Below are positions 56,474 through 64,000 of a DNA stretch of 64,000 bases, one piece after another. Within the stretch, counting starts at the first letter, position 1, and the number at the start of each line of letters is the position of its first letter. Location of the stretch: positions 4,311 to 68,310 of the forward strand of contig CAZQMO010000004.1 of the NCBI GenBank assembly GCA_964594755.1, written 5' to 3'. A model generated the notes under the pieces. The model was given only the letters and a program-made list of their open reading frames with translations, was not told the origin of the DNA and did no database searches. A program made the position numbers and the translations under genes. Source of the DNA: an uncultured Candidatus Saccharibacteria bacterium. GTDB taxonomy: Bacteria > Patescibacteriota > Doudnabacteria > UBA920.

Positions 56474-57757
56474 ATGCCAAAGATAGCAACGAAAAAATCT
56501 ACCAGCGCCACCAAGCCGGGCAGTATGAACGGCCTGCGTGACATCTATACTCAGACTAATCCACATTGGCATGCGATTCTTAAGCGCCTACGTAAGACTG
56601 GTAAGTCGTATGGTTTTTTACCTGTGGAAACGCCAATCGTAGAAGAGGAAAAAATCTATACTGATTTATTTAGAGACCAGCCTCAAGTTTTAGAAAAGAC
56701 CATCTTTACTCAACTTGGTAATAAGTCAGTGGCTTTGCGTTCTAGTGTTCTACCTTCGGTGCTTCGTTATTATGTTCAGCAAAAGTTATTTGATGAACAG
56801 CCAATGTCCAAGTGGTTTTATGCCGGTAATATTATTGAGCAGGACGAACGACAAGCCGCTCATCTGAACTACCAGTTTGGTTTTGAAGTTTTGGGTGACT
56901 TCAATCATCTATCTGAAGCACAAGTGATATGTGCGGTTTGGGAATTTTTGCAGTCTTTAGGTTTAGATAATTTGCAGTTAGAGATTAATATGGTTGGTGA
57001 CGGCTCAAATAGCGGTTACCAAAGCGTACTTAAGGATTACTTAAAGAGTAAAGATTTTGATTTGTGCGACGATTGCATTGCGCATTGCGGTGGCCGAGTT
57101 TTTAATGTGTTACGTTGTAATAATCTAAATTGCCAACTCGTTGTCGCAGAAGCACCAAGTGTCCTTGATTATTTGGATGAAGATTCCAAGTCCCATTTCA
57201 CTAATGTCCTAGAAGCTTTGGATGAACTAGCAATACCTTACCAGCTTAATCAGTATTACGCCGGCCCTCCAGGAACATCTCGCACCAATTTTGTGATTAA
57301 GTATGTGACCGATAAAGATCAGTTAGTTTTAGGGGAGGGTGGTCACCACGAATTATTACTCAAAAACATTGCCGGGAAAGTTTTACCAGCGTTTGGTTTT
57401 GTAGGTAACCTTTCGGCGATTGCCCGGTCTATGGAATTAGTAAATGTTGAACCTGAACCAGATTACAGTAACGAAGTATTCTTAGTCCCGTTGGGGGAGT
57501 TAGCAGCTAAGAAAAGTTTACGGTTATTCCGCGATCTAGTTCAGCAGAACATCAAAGTTCATGATCACTTTGGAGTAGAAGGTGTAAAGAATCAGCTTAA
57601 AGCTGCTCAAGAGTTTCGTGCCCCGGTGGCTTTAATCATGGGCCAGAAAGAAGCAATGGATGAGATGGTGATTTTACGCGATGTCAAATCAGGAATGCAA
57701 GAAATTTTTCCATACGAAAAAATTATTGATGAAGTAAAAAAGCGTCTAGGACGGTAA
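56474..57757 (+). CDS. HisRS-like class II aaRS paralog (HisZ-like, probably non-catalytic) with Cys cluster
   Basis: Class II HisRS fold with a degenerate motif 2 (FYAGNIIEQDERQAAHLNYQFGFEVLG, versus genuine hisS RYQIAPVWRADNPQKGRLREFYQCDVDVVG at 62829+); an anticodon-binding-like C-terminus; and a CDDCIAHCGG...LRCNNLNC insertion. Confidence 0.6.
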   Translation: MPKIATKKSTSATKPGSMNGLRDIYTQTNPHWHAILKRLRKTGKSYGFLPVETPIVEEEKIYTDLFRDQPQVLEKTIFTQLGNKSVALRSSVLPSVLRYYVQQKLFDEQPMSKWFYAGNIIEQDERQAAHLNYQFGFEVLGDFNHLSEAQVICAVWEFLQSLGLDNLQLEINMVGDGSNSGYQSVLKDYLKSKDFDLCDDCIAHCGGRVFNVLRCNNLNCQLVVAEAPSVLDYLDEDSKSHFTNVLEALDELAIPYQLNQYYAGPPGTSRTNFVIKYVTDKDQLVLGEGGHHELLLKNIAGKVLPAFGFVGNLSAIARSMELVNVEPEPDYSNEVFLVPLGELAAKKSLRLFRDLVQQNIKVHDHFGVEGVKNQLKAAQEFRAPVALIMGQKEAMDEMVILRDVKSGMQEIFPYEKIIDEVKKRLGR

Positions 57758-57901
57758 CAGGAAGTAATAACTAAGAAGTAAATAGTAAAAAGTGGTAGAG
57801 CTTTGAATCCTGTAGCCCCTTACTTTCTACTTATCACTATTTACTACGCACAATTTTAAAATACCAATATACCATCATTACTTATTAAGCTATAAAATAT
57901 T

Positions 57902-58243
57902 ATGGACACTCAAAATTGCGTGTTTTGCAAAATCGGCAAGCACGAACAGGTGGCTGAAATTTTGTACGAAACCGACACTCATTATGTGGTTCGTGACATC
58001 ATGCCAAAAGCGCCTATCCATTTTTTAGTGATTCCCAAAGAACACATTGAATCGGTAAATCATTTACCCGAAGATAAAGCAGGCTTGGTTGGTGAAATGA
58101 TTATCACGGCCAAGAATCAAGCTGCTTTGCAAGGGATTGGCAGCACTGGGTATAAGTTGGTGTTTAATGTTGGTAAAGATGGTGGACAAGTAATTCCACA
58201 TTTGCACCTTCATGTTTTAGGCGGGAAACAAATGCCTGAATAG
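57902..58243 (+). CDS. HIT-family (Hint-like) nucleotide hydrolase
   Basis: CVFCKI zinc motif and the histidine triad IPHLHLHVLGG. Confidence 0.8.
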   Translation: MDTQNCVFCKIGKHEQVAEILYETDTHYVVRDIMPKAPIHFLVIPKEHIESVNHLPEDKAGLVGEMIITAKNQAALQGIGSTGYKLVFNVGKDGGQVIPHLHLHVLGGKQMPE

Positions 58244-58261
58244 CCTCATCCAGTTCAGTTA

Positions 58262-58288
58262 AAGCCTGGGTAGCCCAGGCTTTTTTGT
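58262..58288 (+). terminator. rho-independent terminator
   Basis: aaagcctgggtagcccaggctttttt. Confidence 0.75.
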
Positions 58289-58395
58289 TTGACCAGTTCG
58301 GCTAAATAAGGTATAATTACAACATATTTAAAGTCGGGTGCCTTCAAATTTAACCATTTGAGGCAGTGTACACTATAGAATTGAGGTGAAATTCA

Positions 58396-58635
58396 TTGGT
58401 AGAAGTAAAGAAGAAAGAAAACGAATCCTTTGACAGCTTGCTCCGCCGGTTCAATCGTAAGATTCAACAGAGCGGTGTTTTAGTGCGTGCTCGCAAGACG
58501 AGATTTTTTGAACCAACGAAGAGTCGCAACTTGCAACGTACTAATGCCATTCGTCGTAGCGAATTGCGAGAATTACGTGAAGAAATGAAGCGCACAGGCC
58601 GCCCTGTTAAAGCTACTAAGAAAGGACAGCGCTAA
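58396..58635 (+). CDS. rpsU: 30S ribosomal protein S21
   Basis: VEVKKKENESFDSLLRRFNRKIQQSGVLVRARKTRFFEPTKS. Confidence 0.8.
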   Translation: MVEVKKKENESFDSLLRRFNRKIQQSGVLVRARKTRFFEPTKSRNLQRTNAIRRSELRELREEMKRTGRPVKATKKGQR

Positions 58636-59078
58636 TGGAACTTTCCATGCAAGTTATTGAGGCTAAGCTGACAGAAGCTTTAAAAGCAAAGAATCAAATT
58701 GCTGTTGATACGCTTCGCGGCCTCAAAACTAGAATTACAAACGAACAGATTAATAAAGGTGAAGCATTGACTAGCGATGAAGTATTAGCGCTGGTTAAAT
58801 CAGAAGCCAAGCGACGCAAAGAAGCTGTAGATGCTTTCTCCGCTGGTGGTCGCACCGAAGCTGCTGCTAAAGAAACCGCAGAACTAGAAGTTTTGAGTGA
58901 GTTCTTACCTGCACAGCTTTCTGAAGAGCAAATAGCTAGCAAAATAGATGAAGCCATTAGTCAAAATAACTGGACAGCAGCAGATTTTGGTAAAGCTATG
59001 GGTTCTCTTAAACAAGAATTTGGCAACAGTGCTGATGGTGCTGTAGTTGCAAAACTCCTCAAGGCCAAACTCTCATAA
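58635..59078 (+). CDS. yqeY: GatB/YqeY-domain protein
   Basis: 147 aa; LTEALKAKNQIAVDTLRGLKTRI...AKRRKEAVDAF matches the YqeY pattern; follows rpsU as in many Firmicutes-like genomes. Confidence 0.7.
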   Translation: MELSMQVIEAKLTEALKAKNQIAVDTLRGLKTRITNEQINKGEALTSDEVLALVKSEAKRRKEAVDAFSAGGRTEAAAKETAELEVLSEFLPAQLSEEQIASKIDEAISQNNWTAADFGKAMGSLKQEFGNSADGAVVAKLLKAKLS

Positions 59079-59103
59079 ATTCTAAATTTAAAACAAACAT
59101 TTA

Positions 59104-60351
59104 ATGCCAAGAGAACAATACATTGTCGGTCTTGATATCGGAACCCAAAATATCCGGGTTGTTCAAGGCAAAGTCGAAGAAAACGGCCATGTGAATATCA
59201 TCGGTGCGAGCTCAGTCCCAGCAGTGGGGTTGCGCCGCGGTGTTATCGTTGATATTGATGAGGCCGTTTCTTCTATTTCTAATGCTTTAGAGCGTGTTGA
59301 ACGAATGACAGGTGTTCCGGTGGGTGCGGCTAATATTGCTGTCGGCGGTAATCACATTGCGTGCGTTGACTCCAAAGGTGTGATTGCTGTGTCGCGTGCT
59401 GATGGGGAGATTAGTGAGAATGACGTGGTGCGCGTGATTGATGCCTCCCAAGCAATTTCTATTCCACCAAACCGCGACATCATTCATGTGATTCCGAAAA
59501 CTTTCACTTTGGATGGGCAGGCTGGGATTAAAGACCCGCTGGGTATGACCGGGATTCGTTTAGAAGTAGAAACCATCCTTATACACGGTGCGACACCGTT
59601 TATTAAGAATCTTCAAAAAGCGATATTGCAAGCCGGTGTAGAGATTGATCAGTTAGTGTTGTCACCCTTAGCCGCAGCTAGCGCTGTGTTATCCAAGCGT
59701 CAAAAAGAATTAGGTGTAGCTGTTGTTGATTTAGGAGCGGGGACAACTAGCTTAGCGGTGTTCGAAGAAAATAATTTGGTACATACAGCGATTGTCCCAG
59801 TAGGTTCAATGCATATTACTAACGATATTGCCATTGGCCTTCGCTGCACGATTGATACAGCGGAGAAAGTTAAGCTCATGTACGGACAAGCTTCAGCCAA
59901 GCTGATGGATAAGTTGGCTGAAGTGGATCTCAATCGTATTGACTCAGAAGAAACCGCCACGGTACCTCAAACTTTAGTTGGTGATATTATTGAAGCGCGC
60001 TTGGAAGAAATTTTTGATATGGTAGTCCGCGAATTAAAATTAATCGATCGTGATGGCAAATTACCAGGTGGGATTATTTTAACCGGCGGTGGCAGTGCGT
60101 TACCAGGTATTGTTGAATATGCTAAACACCGTTTCCGTTTGCCAGTGGCGATTGGTGTGCCTAGCGAAATGGATACAGTCATCGATCAAGTTATCGACCC
60201 ATCTTTTGCGACTGTGGTAGGCTTGTCTTTGTGGGGCGGCGGTCATTCCAGTGGCGGCATGAACTTCAATTTTTTGGGTCCAATTCAAGGGTTGTTAAAT
60301 CAAAAATTTGTGCTAAAATTGAAGCAATGGGTGAAGTCATTCATGCCCTAG
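59104..60351 (+). CDS. ftsA: cell division protein FtsA
   Basis: Actin-like ATPase (VGLDIGTQNIRVV; VDLGAGTTSLAVF; ILTGGGSALPGI), located upstream of ftsZ. Confidence 0.85.
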   Translation: MPREQYIVGLDIGTQNIRVVQGKVEENGHVNIIGASSVPAVGLRRGVIVDIDEAVSSISNALERVERMTGVPVGAANIAVGGNHIACVDSKGVIAVSRADGEISENDVVRVIDASQAISIPPNRDIIHVIPKTFTLDGQAGIKDPLGMTGIRLEVETILIHGATPFIKNLQKAILQAGVEIDQLVLSPLAAASAVLSKRQKELGVAVVDLGAGTTSLAVFEENNLVHTAIVPVGSMHITNDIAIGLRCTIDTAEKVKLMYGQASAKLMDKLAEVDLNRIDSEETATVPQTLVGDIIEARLEEIFDMVVRELKLIDRDGKLPGGIILTGGGSALPGIVEYAKHRFRLPVAIGVPSEMDTVIDQVIDPSFATVVGLSLWGGGHSSGGMNFNFLGPIQGLLNQKFVLKLKQWVKSFMP

Positions 60352-60368
60352 TCGACCTGAATTACCCA

Positions 60369-60501
60369 AAAATAAAACGAAAACGCAAAAATAACAACTG
60401 ACACCGCAGGTGTCATCCTGAGCGAACCCTAGTTACCCAAAGGTGAGTCGAGGGAGCTCTGCTATCGATAGCCATATTTGTTATTTTGCGTTTTATTTTT
60501 T
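60369..60501. repeat. MITE-like element in ftsA-ftsZ spacer (AT-rich ~22-bp terminal IRs, GC-rich core)
   Basis: Left aaaataaaacgaaaacgcaaaaataacaa versus right (reverse complement) aaaaaataaaacgcaaaataacaaa. Core contains hairpin tgacacc-gca-ggtgtca and a ttacccaaa direct repeat. Confidence 0.5.
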
Positions 60502-60531
60502 ACACTATAAGAACAAATTTAATTATCTCAC

Positions 60532-61731
60532 ATGAAAAAAGCCATGGAAGTTAAACCTAAAATTGAGACCTTTGCCCGAATCAAAGTATTGGGTATTGGT
60601 GGCGGCGGAACCTCAGCTGTTAGCCGTATGTCAGAATGGGGGATTAAGGGCGTAGAGTTTGTGTCTGTAAACACCGACGCTCAAGCACTACATAATAATC
60701 AAGCAGATCGCAAAGTACACATTGGTAAATCAATTACCAAAGGTCTTGGTAGTGGGATGAATCCTGAGCTTGGTCGCCAGGCTGCTGAAGAAAGCCAAGA
60801 AGAAATCGAAGACGCGATTGCCAATGCAGACATGATTTTTATTACATGTGGTTTAGGTGGTGGAACTGGTACTGGCGCTGCGCCAATAGTTGCTGAGTTA
60901 GCAAAAAACCGAGACATCTTAACAATTGCAGTTGTCACTAAACCTTTTACGTTTGAAGGTAGTAAGCGCCGCGAAGTTGCTGAGACTGGCTATGATAATT
61001 TAAAAGATAAAGTTGATGCCATTATCTCGATCCAGAATGATCGCATTTTACAAATCATCGACAAAAAAACTTCTATCATGGATGCGTTTAAAACTGTGGA
61101 TGAAGTTTTGCGCCAAGGTATCGCTGGTATCTCTGACTTAATTACCACTCACGGTTTGGTTAATGCCGACTTTGCTGACGTTCGCACCATTATGCAGAAC
61201 GCTGGTACTGCTATGATGGGTATTGGGTCTGCTTCTGGTGAAAACCGCGCCGAGTTAGCTGCTAAGGCTGCTGTGAACTCTCCATTGCTTGATATGACTA
61301 TCGATGGGGCTAGTGGGGTACTGTTCAACATTACTGGGGGTGGTGATCTTGGTATGTTCGAAATCGATGAAGCTGCTAAGGTTATTACCAAGAACGTTGA
61401 CCCAGATGCCACTGTGAAGTTTGGTACTGTGGTTGATGAAGCTATGGGTGATGAAATCCGCATTACTGTGATTGCTACTGGTTTTGACGAAAACAATCGT
61501 CGCGCCGCGCCAATTTCCTTCAGCCCGGTTGATGATCGTGAATTGATTCAAAAGCCAGCACCTGCTCCAGCTGTCAATCCAATCTTTGAAGACGAAGAAG
61601 ATAGTGAGCCAGCGGTGCGCCGACCATTATTTAAACCCAAGCCAGTTGAGCCGGTACAAACTGTAAATGACGAAGTGGCTACTGATGATGAACTAGATAT
61701 CCCAGCGTTCATCCGCAAGAAAATGAAGTAG
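60532..61731 (+). CDS. ftsZ: cell division protein FtsZ
   Basis: GIGGGGTSAV, tubulin signature GGGTGTGAAP, T7 loop, C-terminal conserved peptide DIPAFIRKK. Confidence 0.95.
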   Translation: MKKAMEVKPKIETFARIKVLGIGGGGTSAVSRMSEWGIKGVEFVSVNTDAQALHNNQADRKVHIGKSITKGLGSGMNPELGRQAAEESQEEIEDAIANADMIFITCGLGGGTGTGAAPIVAELAKNRDILTIAVVTKPFTFEGSKRREVAETGYDNLKDKVDAIISIQNDRILQIIDKKTSIMDAFKTVDEVLRQGIAGISDLITTHGLVNADFADVRTIMQNAGTAMMGIGSASGENRAELAAKAAVNSPLLDMTIDGASGVLFNITGGGDLGMFEIDEAAKVITKNVDPDATVKFGTVVDEAMGDEIRITVIATGFDENNRRAAPISFSPVDDRELIQKPAPAPAVNPIFEDEEDSEPAVRRPLFKPKPVEPVQTVNDEVATDDELDIPAFIRKKMK

Positions 61732-61738
61732 AATTTTT

Positions 61739-61762
61739 ACCCCGCCTTACGGCGGGGTTTTG
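61739..61762 (+). terminator. rho-independent terminator
   Basis: accccgccttacggcggggtttt. Confidence 0.75.
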
Positions 61763-61782
61763 ATTATAAAAACATGATGAGA

Positions 61783-61848
61783 TTCGCTGGCTTCCGCCTC
61801 GGCTCGTCTAGGCGAGATGGGCCGCGAACTTGAGCAATTTTTGAATTG
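61783..61848. repeat. partial copy (3' half) of the A/B/C element with a further nested insertion
   Basis: cgctggcttc-[cgcctcggctcgtctaggcgagatgggc]-cgcgaacttgagcaatttttgaattg aligns to A's ctcgctggcttcgcgaacttggcacaattcacaaattt. Confidence 0.55.
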
Positions 61849-61962
61849 TCTAGCTTCACTCCATAACGGCGGGTTTTTTTACGTTCAGACTGGCGTGATT
61901 TATAAAAGTATGCTATAATAATAAAGTAACAAAACTCTTCGAAACAAAAACCCAACTTAGTT

Positions 61963-62334
61963 ATGTCCGAGAAACCATATTCATCCTATATTAAGGATCA
62001 TAAGAGTATGATCCTGCGTGATTATTTAGCCATTGACCGTACCATTTTAACTAATGAAACGGCTTTTATGGCTTACGTGCGTACTGCGCTGGCTCTCTTG
62101 GCTGCTGGTGTATCGTTAATCAAATTCTTTAATGATCCTGTAATGCACGTTCTAGGTTGGGCATTTATGGGAATCGGTACTGTTCTAGCGATGTATGGCT
62201 ATCATCGTTATCGCCAAGTGGATAATTTAATGCACAAAGTGAAAGGCGATTTAATCGAGGAGCATTTAAAAGGTACAAAAAAGATGAAAGAAGTATCTAA
62301 CTGGGCCTTAAGGCTATTTCGCAAGAATAATTAA
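61963..62334 (+). CDS. DUF202 (YidH-like) membrane protein
   Basis: RDYLAIDRTILTNETAFMAYVRTALALLAAGVSLI matches the DUF202 signature. Confidence 0.65.
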   Translation: MSEKPYSSYIKDHKSMILRDYLAIDRTILTNETAFMAYVRTALALLAAGVSLIKFFNDPVMHVLGWAFMGIGTVLAMYGYHRYRQVDNLMHKVKGDLIEEHLKGTKKMKEVSNWALRLFRKNN

Positions 62335-62356
62335 ACGCCGCCTGGCGTTTTTTTGA
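62335..62356 (+). terminator. rho-independent terminator
   Basis: aacgccgcctggcgttttttt. Confidence 0.75.
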
Positions 62357-62424
62357 TATACTAAATTTACATACGGATTAGTCTAAGGAGGATAAAACTT
62401 GCCGAACATTTAGGGTATGATTTA

Positions 62425-62772
62425 TTGGATGAACCCCTTGGTCAGCTCCATCCTGAGGTCGAAAGTCTCTTAGAAAGCTGTGAGCAGTATGCTCATAACT
62501 TTGAATATTTGTATTTTGGTAAGGGTCAGATGTTCGCTGAATTCATTTGGAATGAGCCAATCTTTGGCTATGATTTTGAGGCGGAGATAAATATCTACCT
62601 AAAAAATCACAGCATCATTCTGGTCTTATTCGGGGTCGCGGATCCTGGTGAGGTACAGGCTTTGGCTGAAACTTATAGTTTACTGGCTCCACATGTTGTC
62701 AGCCAAATTGTTTACAGCGTTGATGAAGACATGTCTCTTTACGTGATTCAAGGCACCAATGGACATTGTTAG
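62425..62772 (+). CDS. hypothetical acidic protein (115 aa)
   Basis: ORF followed by terminator agccgct-atgacctaa-agcggct-ttttg at 62771-62798. Confidence 0.45.
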   Translation: MDEPLGQLHPEVESLLESCEQYAHNFEYLYFGKGQMFAEFIWNEPIFGYDFEAEINIYLKNHSIILVLFGVADPGEVQALAETYSLLAPHVVSQIVYSVDEDMSLYVIQGTNGHC

Positions 62773-62828
62773 CCGCTATGACCTAAAGCGGCTTTTTGTT
62801 TTGCGCTTATAATTGATATAATTTCTGT

Positions 62829-64000
62829 ATGACACGAATCGAACCAAGAACATTAAAAGGGTTTCGCGATTACTCTGCGAATGAGCAGTATGCGCGCCAA
62901 GCCATGTTTGCCAAAATCCAAACTGTCTTTGAACAATTTGGTTTTTCGCCATTGTCTACCCCAACCTTAGAGTATAAAGAAATTTTGATGGGGAAGTACG
63001 GTGACGACGAGAAATTGGTTTATTCGTTTAAGGATAATGGTGATCGTGATGTAGCTATGCGTTATGACTTAACTGTGCCATTGGCAAGATATGTGGCGCA
63101 GAATCAAGGTTCTTTGCAGTGGCCATTCAAGCGTTACCAGATTGCGCCAGTGTGGCGCGCTGACAATCCTCAAAAAGGACGTCTTCGTGAATTCTATCAA
63201 TGCGATGTCGATGTAGTGGGAAGTGATGCAGAGATGGCTGATGCCGAAGTGATTGCTTGTGCTGCTACAGCTTTAGAAGCAGTTGGTGTGACGAATTATA
63301 AAATTTTAATCAATGACCGAAGTCTTCTTTCTGGATTTTCTCAGGAGGCAATTCGAATCTTAGATAAAGTGCAAAAGATAGGTGTGGATGGGATGGTCGC
63401 CGAGATGAAAGAGCGGGGGGTCAGTGGTACTGAAATTGACCAAGCTAAAAGTTTAGTTGAAGGTTCAAAACCAGCTATGCCTGAGCGTTTAGCCAAAGTC
63501 AATGAACTTCTCAAGCAATTTGGTTTGCAAGGACAGATTGAATTCGACCCAAGTATTGCGCGTGGTTTAGATTATTATTCTGGTACGGTTTTTGAAACCG
63601 TACTTCCAGAAAAGCCTGAATACGGCAGTATTTGTAGCGGGGGACGCTATGATGGATTAGTTAATAATTTTTCTGACACACCACTACCAGCAGTTGGGGC
63701 AAGTATTGGCATTGATCGTCTCTATGGCGCTTTAGAGGAGCTAGGGTTATTGCCAAAACCCACACTAAAGTCAATTTTAATAGTGAATGTGGAAGCTGAG
63801 TTAGCTAATGAATATATTCAGTTGGCAGCTGAGCTTCGCGCCAAAGGTTTATTGGCAGAGGTGTATTACCAAGCGGCAAAATTAGATAAGCAATTTAAGT
63901 ACGCTGAACGCAAAGGTATGAATTGGGCAGTGATTATGGGGAGTAGTGAAAAGTCGCAGAATAAAGTTCAGCTTAAGGATTTATCAACTCGGGAACAAAC
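62829..64000 (+). CDS. hisS: histidyl-tRNA synthetase (3' end outside window)
   Basis: Translating from the ATG at 62829 gives MTRIEPRTLKGFRDY..., motif 2 RYQIAPVWRADNPQKGRLREFYQCDVDVVG, and the HisRS histidine-binding region GGRYDGL. No stop within the window. Confidence 0.85.
   Translation, partial: MTRIEPRTLKGFRDYSANEQYARQAMFAKIQTVFEQFGFSPLSTPTLEYKEILMGKYGDDEKLVYSFKDNGDRDVAMRYDLTVPLARYVAQNQGSLQWPFKRYQIAPVWRADNPQKGRLREFYQCDVDVVGSDAEMADAEVIACAATALEAVGVTNYKILINDRSLLSGFSQEAIRILDKVQKIGVDGMVAEMKERGVSGTEIDQAKSLVEGSKPAMPERLAKVNELLKQFGLQGQIEFDPSIARGLDYYSGTVFETVLPEKPEYGSICSGGRYDGLVNNFSDTPLPAVGASIGIDRLYGALEELGLLPKPTLKSILIVNVEAELANEYIQLAAELRAKGLLAEVYYQAAKLDKQFKYAERKGMNWAVIMGSSEKSQNKVQLKDLSTREQ

Noticed and set aside
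61764-61955. 63-aa minus-strand ORF after ftsZ
   Set aside because: It overlaps the partial repeat copy and a terminator-like hairpin, with no RBS; likely noncoding.
1-64000. CRISPR arrays, rRNA genes, transposases/IS elements, retron/DGR reverse transcriptases, classical defence systems
   Set aside because: I saw no regularly spaced short repeats, no rRNA-like conserved stretches, no DDE/Y/S recombinase or RT (YADD) signatures, and no nuclease/ATPase islands beyond canonical repair genes.

Overview
This window is a gene-dense, AT-rich bacterial chromosomal segment carrying mostly housekeeping genes. They include valS, tsaD, trxB (two copies), gdhA, efp, rpsF-ssb-rpsR, ychF, trpS, rnj, an oppA-like gene, secG, uvrC/uvrA, a TlpA-CcdA-thioredoxin module, hrcA-grpE-dnaK...dnaJ, ndh, dedA, topA, capA, dprA, pth, der, an LCP gene, lepB, a HisRS paralog, hit, rpsU, yqeY, ftsA-ftsZ and hisS. 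There are three tRNAs on the minus strand, Glu-UUC, Leu-CAG and Lys-UUU, and many rho-independent terminators. I saw no rRNA, CRISPR array, integrase or transposase. The small proteins, many membrane or surface proteins of unknown function, lack of biosynthetic genes and Gram-positive-type features (LCP, CIRCE/HrcA, probable T-box, DUF378, YqeY) suggest a reduced-genome Gram-positive-like lineage, possibly Patescibacteria/Saccharibacteria-like. That placement is inference only.

The most unusual signal is a pervasive family of GC-rich palindromic elements in an otherwise AT-rich genome. They are bounded by inverted repeats and built from nested modules. Three copies are near-identical (grpE-dnaK spacer, der-LCP spacer, lepB-hisZ-like spacer), with a partial copy after ftsZ. 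Diverged relatives sit inside the rpsF-ssb-rpsR operon, in the ychF 3' region, in the ftsA-ftsZ spacer, after dnaJ, near tRNA-Glu, and as a 66-nt in-frame palindromic insertion inside uvrC, analogous to Rickettsia palindromic elements.

Other items worth follow-up:
- a roughly 410-nt promoter-to-terminator region with no credible ORF, i.e. a candidate structured ncRNA with a 49-nt tandem repeat giving alternative pairings;
- a CsoR/CstR-like regulator with a G-tract palindromic operator, in an operon with trxB;
- a 37-nt direct repeat upstream of two adjacent membrane-protein genes;
- an inactive-looking HisRS paralog with a Cys cluster;
- a probable valS T-box leader;
- small unannotated ORFs.
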